A stretch of DNA of 64,000 bases from Chrysomallon squamiferum (Eukaryota; Animalia; Mollusca): the NCBI GenBank assembly GCA_012295275.1, contig CM022673.1, forward strand, positions 2,604,001 to 2,668,000. The letters are read 5' to 3'. The position numbers were made by a program, and so were the translations under genes. The notes under the pieces are model-generated. The model did no database searches and had not been told where the DNA came from. It saw nothing but the letters and a program-made list of their open reading frames with translations. Shown here piece by piece: positions 15,164 to 64,000 of this stretch; the stretch's first letter is position 1, and each line of letters starts with the position of its first letter.

Positions 15164-15682
15164 AACCACAGCAAAAAATGTGAAGAGCTATTTTCAATGG
15201 ATATAAATATGTATTTTAAAAATAAATCACAAATGAATGAATAAACTCAAAAGTAAAAGAAAAAAAATCTATATAATAAAATAAATAAATCTTTATATTA
15301 TTAGAGCATTAGCTATATACATTTAATTTAGTAAAGTATACAAATAAAGACTAGACTATATTATATATCATAAACAACAAAAATAATAAAAATAGCAATA
15401 GTAGTAATAGTAATAATAATAGTAATGACAGTAAGTAATAATAATAACTGTAATAATGATGATGATGATGATGATGATGATAATGATAATTAATAATAAA
15501 ACAAACCAGTAAGAACTATGGAGCCAGTGCGACCACGTTCCTGTGGTGTTGACCAGTGTCGTATAATCCCATAACATGCAGGATACAACAAACCCTGAAC
15601 AACAAAACATCATCAACATCATCATGTATAGTTGAGCAAACAAATAAAAATTTATAAAAATTGTAAATAAATATATATGTTA

Positions 15683-15731
<49 letters not shown>

Positions 15732-17117
15732 TGTGTGTGTGTGTATGTATGTTATATACTTAGACTGATAATTAGATACATAGAGATGGCTGGATGGATG
15801 GTAGCTATAGATAGGAAGACAGAAAGATGGATAGACAGACAGTCAGTCACACAGACAGCTTAAAATATTCATACTTGATAAAAAGAACTATACATATTTC
15901 CTATAAGTGAACAAGCATAGTTATATTATAATGCGATAGGCCCAGATGAATTTCAGTCATCACTTGTGCAGAAACCCAGGGATGAAAGCATTAATCAGGA
16001 AAGCCTACGTATAAGTGACAAATTGAATATATTCACCTCACTAAGTCCTTGCAGAAACCGGATGATGCAGGTGAATGAGTAACTGACATCACTAATAGCT
16101 GTAGGAAGCAGCAGATTCAGGGCGCTAGACAACAAAATACTACCACCATACAGTCTGAAATAATCAGTGATAGTCTACATCAGCATCAGTAGTGTCGTTT
16201 TTATTAATACCTCTTCTATATGTGTTTGTGTATGAATTTGTATGTTTGGATGTTTATGTATCTAAATGTGTGTATGTGTGTGTGTGTATATATATGTATG
16301 TGTGTGTATGTATGTATGTATGTATGTATGTATGTATGTATTATGTGTATATGGATGTATGTGTGTTTGTGAATGGATATGTATGTGTATATATGTGTTG
16401 AGATATGTAGACACAACTCTGATAGATTTACATACATAATTAAGATAAAAAACTAAATAAATAAACATTGAGATTCCTAGACACAGCTCTGATAGACTGG
16501 CACACGTAATTAGGATGTATAACTTGTAACCTGTGGCAGGGTAGTTTAGTTGCAAGATATCCACCAGGCAGATGGGTAATGAGATACCCAATGTAGAAAA
16601 CACTGTGAAGAAATCCAATCATCCGAGTGTCCCACCTAACATTTGGAAGCTGGAAATGAGAGAAAAGCAAGTGATTAAACAGATTAACAAAATAGAAATA
16701 TTATATATATTTTATGAGGGTGTTTTAATGGATGTTGGTAAGTGGAAGATCCCTGATTTCAGGTGTGTGAACCCATTCAGGTATTTGCTATTCCTGTCAA
16801 TATGACTTATCTTGTTACAATATATATTTTCCTGTTTACAGGAAGGCAGATCAAAACGATCTCTTGTTGCTAATCATTAACAGTAGCTCATTAAGAAGGA
16901 GGATATGGTGTTCTTTTTCACATCATTATATATACATTATATATTTAATAACCATTATGACATTAATATTTAAATCTTTTGATGTGTTGTTAAATGTTTT
17001 AATGTTTCAGTGCAAATTATTTAACTTTTTTTTTTTTAAGCCATGCTTTAATTTAAAAAAAAAAAATAATAATAAAACAAAATAATTCAAAAGATTGATG
17101 ACAAAACAGACTGATCC

Positions 17118-17164
<47 letters not shown>

Positions 17165-17373
17165 GATACTTCAAAAAAATAAATAAAAATGGAATAAACA
17201 AACAGAAGTTAATAACAATAGTGATAAAAAAAGTGATGAAACATGATGTATGAAAAAGTTGCAAAACAAATTCATCCATGTATATACAAACATATGTTCA
17301 TATACCCACAAATACACACGCTATTTCTATTTCTTTTTAAAATTACCCAATTTAACAAATAAACATAAAATAA

Positions 17374-17413
<40 letters not shown>

Positions 17414-17793
17414 TACTGGATGATACCAATACAGAATAATCTTTGATATTATCTTTTCTATTCTTTGGTTTTTAAATATATTTCCAATAAAAAACAATTA
17501 TTTAAGTAGGGATATATCTCTGATACACATTTTATCCTGACTCCAGTTTTTAACATGTCTGTGCGCAAAGGACATCTGTGACACTATATCAGTGTCAAAA
17601 TCTGCTTTTGCCATAACATGTAAAGAGATCATTATCTGTGTTATCTGTAGCATCATGTTGTTGTGAAGATGAAACTGTCAACTTCTAAAACAATAAAATC
17701 ATGCCTCTCTAAGCAAAACCGAACAGTGACTACAAAAATAAAATAAAATGAAATAATAATAATAACAACAATAATAATAATAGTAATAATAAC

Positions 17794-17883
<90 letters not shown>

Positions 17884-19490
17884 AAAAAAAAGAAGAAAAT
17901 ACCAATAATAAGTTTAAAAAGGACGTCTTAAAGAAGCATTTCTTTGTCTGATTTTTTTTAATGACATTTGAATCAGAAAAATATTCTTGTTTATTTATTT
18001 ATTTATTTGTATAATTTTGGTACAAATAAAAATTATTAACATAAAATGATCGAGGTTATTTAGTGTCAAAATACAGATTTTATAACCTAGATATTTTAGA
18101 AATGTTTAAAACAGTATTAAAATGGTTACTGACTAGATATAATGTGTAGAATATCTTTAAAACTGTAAGATTTCGAAGTTGGAATTTGCAATAGTTCAGT
18201 ATCAAAACAATGAGATCATTTTATACTTGTGCTTTCTAATAATGGTCTCTTCTGAATTTCCTCTCTTAGTGCATTTCTTTGTCCCAGAGGTTTCACACAG
18301 AAATTAGACAATTTGAATAAACATTTACCAGAAAACTCTAGACTCAGATTTGGGATTGTAGCAGTTGTGGCTGTAGTAGTGATGGGCAGTGGTAGTGTAA
18401 TGGTAGTGTAATGATAGTGTAATGATAGTGTAATGATAGTGTAATGGTGGTGTAATGATAGTGTAATGGTGGTGTAATGATAGTGTAATGATAGTGTAAT
18501 GATAGTGTGGTGGTAGTGTAATGGTGGTGTAATGGTAGTGTAATGGTAGTGTGGTGGTAGTGTAATGGTGGTGTAATGGTAGTGTAATGGTAGTGTGGTG
18601 GTAGTGTAATGGTAGTGTAATGGTAGGACTGAAGAGGATTACAAAAGGCTTTGTAAACTGAATTGAGTGTTTCCTTTATGTTAAGCATCTATCCAAAAAT
18701 CCAGACTCATTTATAGACTTACTTATTGCTGGCAAACAGACCAAGAGCTTTTGAAAAAATGGAGTTTCATCACTTCCCTGTGAATCTTATAGTCTTTCCA
18801 GCTGAAGTCTGTATGAAGTCTTCACTTTTTTCCTTAGTTGAGAAATCTTTAAAGTGCTGTAGTGTTTCTCATTCCATGTTTAGTTGAGAAAACATTAATC
18901 GTACTCCAGTGATTTTTAACTTAACTTTCTGACATCACTGAACCAATTTGTTCTTTATCAGATACACACATGCATTTTTATGCAATAGGATGTTAAATGA
19001 AAAAGAAATTCCTAACTTATGAACACCAATGTCATAAGATTTTTTTTGAGAATTCCCATATACACCCACTCAATGGGTTTCACAGTCCAATTATTGCCTC
19101 TACCAAATATATTTTTAAAACAGTTTTCAAAAACATATTATTATTATTATTTTTCTAATCATTTATGACTGAAAATATTTGTAATGAGCATTGATCAGCA
19201 ATAAAGCTTCAGTTCCCTAGTGGTGACTATAATGAATAACACATGTTCCACCTATTCATTATTAGTGTTCAGTCTAAAGTGAAATAAGTAATATAATGTT
19301 TTTACTATTCTGAGCAGTAATAATAATATTAAGCATTCAACCATTACTTGTTAGTGCTTATGCAAAAGTGATAAACAGTAGATACTTTAGATATAATTGA
19401 ATCAAATATGGATAATACAAATCTATATCCATATGTTTGTATGTGTGCATGTGTGTGTGTGTGGGTACAATCACATGTATAAATTAATGA

Positions 19491-19530
<40 letters not shown>

Positions 19531-20319
19531 CAGTTAACCTTAACTAAACTACATGAAAAACTTTATTATTATTATCATAATTTTACTCTTTTTATTTTTT
19601 GTAATAACAGGCCACATAATTTAAAGTTTTAGTTTACAGATTTTTTAAAGACATAAGATGGGTTTTTTCATTATTTTTTCATTTTTTCTTAACCTTTTAT
19701 TTCTGTACATCAACATATAAGTGGATTGATCAAACTGTTTGAATGTCCGTTAATATTTAAATTTAATATAGCATCTACCTGTCTACAGAACCATTTTTAT
19801 AATGTATTTAGTATTATGCAGTATATTATCCGTTTGATTCTAAAATACAACATGAATTTTTAATGCTCTTTAATATACTTGCTATATTATAAATTCAGAA
19901 AAAATCTATCAAGACACAAGTTAGAAAAATCACATCAGTCCAACTGAATTTTGCAGAAAAGTGTTTTCTGGTGGTAAAAATATACCTGGATTGGTAAAAC
20001 TGGTGAAATAAATTAGAAATTATAATTCATAACAGTCAACTTTCTTTTTTTATTGAATAACATTGAATGGATATTATATATGGTGTTAGTTTGGCTGTAA
20101 AAAAATCTCAAAAAAAATAAAAATAAATAAAAACAAAAATAATAATAATAATAATAACAATAAAAATATAATAAAAAGGAAAATAATTAGAATTTTGTTT
20201 GTCATTAAACTCATTTATCATTTTCTTTTCTTCATGTTTGTATCTATATTTGTTTCTATTTCACCATGCGTTCTTTTTTATTTGTATACCTATTCCATCC
20301 TAATAATACCTGTATATTA

Positions 20320-20350
<31 letters not shown>

Positions 20351-20797
20351 GATAGATAGATAGATAGATATGGATACAAAGGTATAGATGTGTCATCTGT
20401 ATATCATAAAACTATTTTAAAATATCATACTTGCATTATTTTTAATTCAGACTGACAAGATCGACACAACTGTACTCACACTAGCCATTGCTTGGTAAGT
20501 TCCAACTTTAAGTTTGGACTCTGTATCGAGAATAGTAATTACAGTGAAGCCCACATTTGTCCTCATGGCATTCACTGTGATCATCCCCAGGCATGCCAGA
20601 CCTATAACAATGTAGCGGATGGGAAGACAGTGGAGCCAGCAGGAACTGACTTCACATGTACAAGTGCAGTGTGACTCGTTCTTCTTGGCGACATCTTCCT
20701 GGGCTTCTTTCTCAGTCATCCTCTTAGCTTCAGATTTGTCTGTGTTCACTGTTCTGTATGTGATATCTTGATCATTCATAGGGTGTTGTAATGTCAT
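7743..20797 (-). CDS. SLC17 family MFS anion transporter, vesicular glutamate transporter-like (12 exons, ~643 aa)
   Basis: Exons (minus): 20797-20480, 16649-16531, 16154-16037, 15594-15507, 14964-14878, 14034-13901, 12677-12531, 12123-11991, 11717-11607, 11199-11072, 8889-8805, 8206-7743. All GT-AG and phase-consistent, totalling 1932 nt. Motifs: RYIV..AMRTN, GFLHSVFYIGYLITHLPGG, RFLQGLSEGLLYPA, ERGR, PWKQILISPP, HFARNW, ADWL..STTNVRK, INHYDL, GSGEQQPWA. Confidence 0.92.
8511..8570 (+). mobile_element. Degenerate tRNA-derived SINE head (candidate)
   Basis: TAGTTCAGTGGTTAGAG resembles Pol III box A, followed about 30 nt later by GATTCCATTCC (degenerate box B). No intact cloverleaf. Confidence 0.35.
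12215..12480. repeat. (CT)n microsatellite with CTGT interruptions
   Basis: Direct reading; source of the poly-ER/SL ORFs. Confidence 0.97.
12713..13082. repeat. Tandem duplication of a ~187-bp intronic unit (2 copies)
   Basis: aaccaRttgagaagttt(at)n aaatgatgaaaatagaattat...ttgtgtgtacatgtt occurs at ~12713 and ~12900. Confidence 0.85.
13545..13897. repeat. (ATT/ACT)n compound microsatellite abutting the donor of SLC17 exon 6
   Basis: Direct reading. Confidence 0.95.
14026..14350. repeat. Three tandem copies of a 104-bp unit containing the SLC17 exon-6 splice acceptor
   Basis: ccacaccacctgcagtacaagca.atctagtgagacagtgcttt... starts at 14026, 14130 and 14234 (period 104). Confidence 0.9.
17752..17884. 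repeat. (AAT)n-(AAG)n compound microsatellite
   Basis: Direct reading. Confidence 0.95.
18385..18625. repeat. 11-bp minisatellite (GTAATGRTRGT)n in SLC17 intron 1
   Basis: Repeated tgtaatggtag/tgtaatgatag units; gives the spurious H/Y/T-rich ORF 18344..18688. Confidence 0.9.
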
Positions 20798-21784
20798 CAA
20801 AACTATTTCCCAAATGTTTATTACTTGTTGTTGTTTTCTTTTTTTTCTTTTTTTTCTTTACAAAATTTGACTTTAAGATTCATTTTAGAAAATTATTATT
20901 TAACCTCATCTACTGTTTTGACAGTATGAAAAACTGATGCTGTGGTATGTAGAGATGGGGATAAATCCAGTTTGTTTCAAAAATCTAACTGACGCCTTCA
21001 GTTATTAAATTATTTCCATTTTTGTTTCACACACAACACTTGCTTTTTTAGCACTATGAAAAAACTGTTAAATACATTCCATACTTCAAACATTACTTAA
21101 GGTGTGTTGAAAATTCAAATGAAACATAGTAGTCCACTGTGAAAATCACCATCATATTGTCACTATCCTCCCTTGTACATGAGAGAGATGCCTTGGTCTA
21201 TTACTGCAAATCACAGCCTTGTTAATCAGTAAGCAGATGCCTAATTTTACCATTACATCCACTTTACTATCTGGTAGGTAGAAAATGAAATTTTAACACA
21301 TCTGCATAAGCAGCTATCAGCAACGATAGTCTGTAACAGGTGTTACCAATAATCATTCGTGAATAATGTACCTAGCTGTACGCAGAATGTGTTAAGACAA
21401 TCAATATTGAAATGTTCGTGCATTATAGGCAGAGGTTATAAAGTCTGTGTAAGACATACCATGAAGTAGTTCATCTGGTTCTGAACAGCACTAAAGTTAA
21501 CATTTGTTTAACAACAAGATGGTAATTTAAGTGTTGATCTTTTAACTTGTACAGCAATAATGACAACTGTGACATCAAGGTTTGGTTAAAAAGACTGTAT
21601 GCCCCCAGCTTTGGGAAATTTCTAAACATCTCCTAATGGTATTTTATTTTAGATGAATACAAAAACAGAAAATATATTTACATGTAATCCATTTATTTTT
21701 TTTATTTTTTTTTATATTATTAATTACGTGTAAGATTATTATTATTATCATTATTATTATTGTTGCTGTTGTTGTTGTTGTTGT

Positions 21785-22246
21785 TATTATTATTTGCAAC
21801 AATTAACAGTTACAGTAAAGGGAAAACATTATTATTATAAAAATACTTTTTAGATATTAATAAAAATAATTAACAATAAAAAAAAAATAATGATAATAAA
21901 AAATATATTAAAATATAATAATATAAATAGTTAAATAAATAAATAAATAAAACTTAAATGATAGAAGAATTATATTTTCCCTATGGTAAGCATACTCGAA
22001 CATTATACATTTCAGTTATATTTTTAACATAACTAAAATTCATACTTCAACATTAGATCAAAACAAGAAATAAATGCATTGAACAAAAGCAATAATAATA
22101 ATAACAACAACAACAACAACAGTAATAACAACAACAGCAACAACAACAACAATAATAATAAATAAATAATAATAATAATATAGTTTTATACAACGGACAA
22201 CATTTTTTAATCACTTGTATTATTATAATATTATTATTATTATTAA

Positions 22247-22286
<40 letters not shown>

Positions 22287-22400
22287 TGCAACAATTAACA
22301 GTTACAGTAAAGGTCAACATTATCATTATAAAAATACTTTTTAGATGTTAATAAAAATAATTAACAATAATAAAAAAAAATAATAATGATAAAAAAATAT
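21785..22400. repeat. Dispersed direct repeat of ~120 bp (copies ~21785-21908 and ~22277-22400)
   Basis: tatttgcaacaattaacagttacagtaaagg...aaaatactttttagat.ttaataaaaataattaacaataa occurs twice, ~490 bp apart. Confidence 0.85.
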
Positions 22401-24503
22401 ATATATATAATTTTGGGGGGTTAGCTGTTTATTCTGTTATATATTTTCTTCTAATTAGTAAACAGTAAGTCTTTCATAAACATGTCTCATACAGCTGAGA
22501 GTTTATAGAGAAATTTCAATGATTTGTGATGAACAATACATTTTTTATTCTTTTTGTCTGATTGATTAAATGAATGTTCATGCTGAAATTAATTATTTGA
22601 TGTAACGTTTCATTATGGCGGCCATATGTTACATTGATCACATATGAACATTCATATTTTAAAACTATTATACAAAATCTATTTATGCTGACATTATTAG
22701 AGTCAAAGAACAATAGAGAACAACAGAACAAAAATAATAAAACACAAAATAGTAACAATAACACCAATAAAAAGGATAATGGTATTAGTAGCAGTAGCAG
22801 TGTTACAAGAATAACAGTAGGATAGTATTATGTAAAGGAGGCATGCACTTACAGACATAAATTTAATTATGTATTCACAAAGAACAAGTTATTGTGAATG
22901 ATTAAGTAAAAACAAAAATATAATAAAAAAACACACATTGGAACTAAAGAAACTTTATTAACAAACTGACACAGCCGTTTAAAGAATGGTACAGCAATAA
23001 TATAAACATTTATTAAATGTTGAAGGTTAGTACTGACCATTCCAGTAGTTTGTCATCATACAATAAACATTTATAAAAATGTTTATTCTCTGTAAAAGCC
23101 ATACTAGTCGTCTGTCACCAACCTTAGTTCTTCTGAAGAAAAATAAAACAATTTGTAAAAATAAAAATGTTGTGATATGTTCAAAAATGATTTGCAGAAA
23201 TATACACGTGGGTGTAAATCCAGAAACACACACACACACACTCATAAATTGATATATTTATATACATACATAATAATAATTACATAAACATTACACTTAT
23301 CCATAAATGTATGTAATTTACTTAAATTACAATATACAGCATGTTAGTTAATCCTTTCACTGCAGAATTAAAAACAGCTCCTGGCACAGTCGGCAAGATT
23401 AGTGTTGTTCTGTTACCCCACAGATGACAGCACCTACAATGTTTGTGAGTCTCTGGAGTAATAAAATTTTGAAAGGCTCAATGATTAATAAACATATTTT
23501 TTAAAACAAGACATGCTGAGAATTATTTTAGTAACTAATCTGAAGTAAATTTTCAAATACATTGATTTTGGAGGTTGTGGCCTAGAGGTTGGATCGGTGA
23601 CAAAAAGCATGAAGCTTCCTTATTTGTTTTTTGAATCATTTCTTACTTCACTCAGTTTCTCCTTGCTGTGCTAATCAACAGAATAGCCTTTCTCATAATA
23701 AAACCATTTTACGAAGCCCAACAGTAACTAATAATAATAATAATTAACTTGTTAACCAATAATGTAAAATATTTTGTTTATTGCATGAAAATACAGAATA
23801 GAAAAAAGTTCATATTAATGCCATTAAAAAATAGTTTAAAAGGAAATCTGTTTACAAAAACTGCAGTTATGAAAAATTCAAAAACCAATGAATGCCATGG
23901 TTCAATGTTTTTTTTAAAAATTAACTTTACATAATTTAAATTTGAAAAGAAAGGAGACAGATATAAAAGATGTGATTCAGTTGAAATAATTTGTTTTTGG
24001 CAATCCATGTCTTTTAATTTATCTCAGTGTTATCATTATCTTTCACTATTCTCTTTTTATCCATCTCTCTATCTACTTCATTTTATTATTATTATGTGTT
24101 ATATTTATGAGTTTATGTATCTATACATATGTATATATATATATATATATTTGTATAAAGGTATATGAACATGTGCATATGTGTAGGCATATATGTACTT
24201 GTATGTATGGAGTTGTATGTATATGTATGTGTATTTCAATGCATGTATCTATACCTAGAAAAATTATGTAAGGTTATTCAGGAATCCACCCTGTTATTCC
24301 TATTTCTTTTGGTTTTTTTTTTGGCAGGGGTTGCAATAAAGCATCTAAAAAAAACACCCAAAAACAAACAAAATTAATAAAATAAACCCATAAAAATACA
24401 AGTAATAATATTAAAATGTATTCTGTAATCATTAAACTGACATTTGATCCTATCCAATGTAAGCCCTGTGACAAATATCAGGTCGTGTTAAAAAGAACTT
24501 ACT

Positions 24504-63672
<39,169 letters not shown>

Positions 63673-64000
63673 CTGCAATAAGAAGATGCCTAAGAAACGT
63701 AGAGTGGATAAAATATTTCAGGGCCAGATCTAGAAACTGTACAAAGTATTATTTGCCAACAGATGTTTTTTTTTGTTTTGTTTTTAAATATCTTTCTTTT
63801 TTTTTTTTAATGAACTTGTGAATCAGCACTATATTACTTATACATGTTTAGATTTTTTTTTAAAATAAATATTTTAATTTTTGTTCTGTATTTATACTGT
63901 ATGATTAACTATTACCTAGATGACCATATATGAAGGGTATTTTTTTTTCCTTTCTTTATATATGTTCTACTACTCAGCCGAGTTATATACTTTGTACAAG

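Overview
AT-rich, microsatellite-dense animal genomic DNA; an invertebrate such as a mollusc is my inference from composition and gene content. It holds three spliced genes, reconstructed by hand with phase-consistent splice sites. (1) The last two exons of an LRP4-like LDL-receptor family gene (+, NPSY cytoplasmic tail). (2) A complete 12-exon SLC17 gene (-, ~643 aa) with VGLUT-type signature residues. (3) About 40 kb (41 exons, 5' end outside the window) of a giant secreted gene (-). It has the SCO-spondin domain order (VWD/C8/TIL assemblies, 5 LDLa, 2 discoidin-like, TSP1/TIL/VWC, cystine knot) plus two huge mucin PTS exons built from cationic 19/24-aa repeats. The most striking non-coding signal is intronic inverted repeats bracketing C8-domain exons of this gene, including a perfect 136-bp pair around the two exons for the D3 C8 module. 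Also present: an 18-nt microexon, a GC-AG intron, a GAG acceptor, a triplicated splice acceptor and a candidate piggyBac-type MITE. Most ORFs in the supplied track are microsatellite or antisense artefacts.
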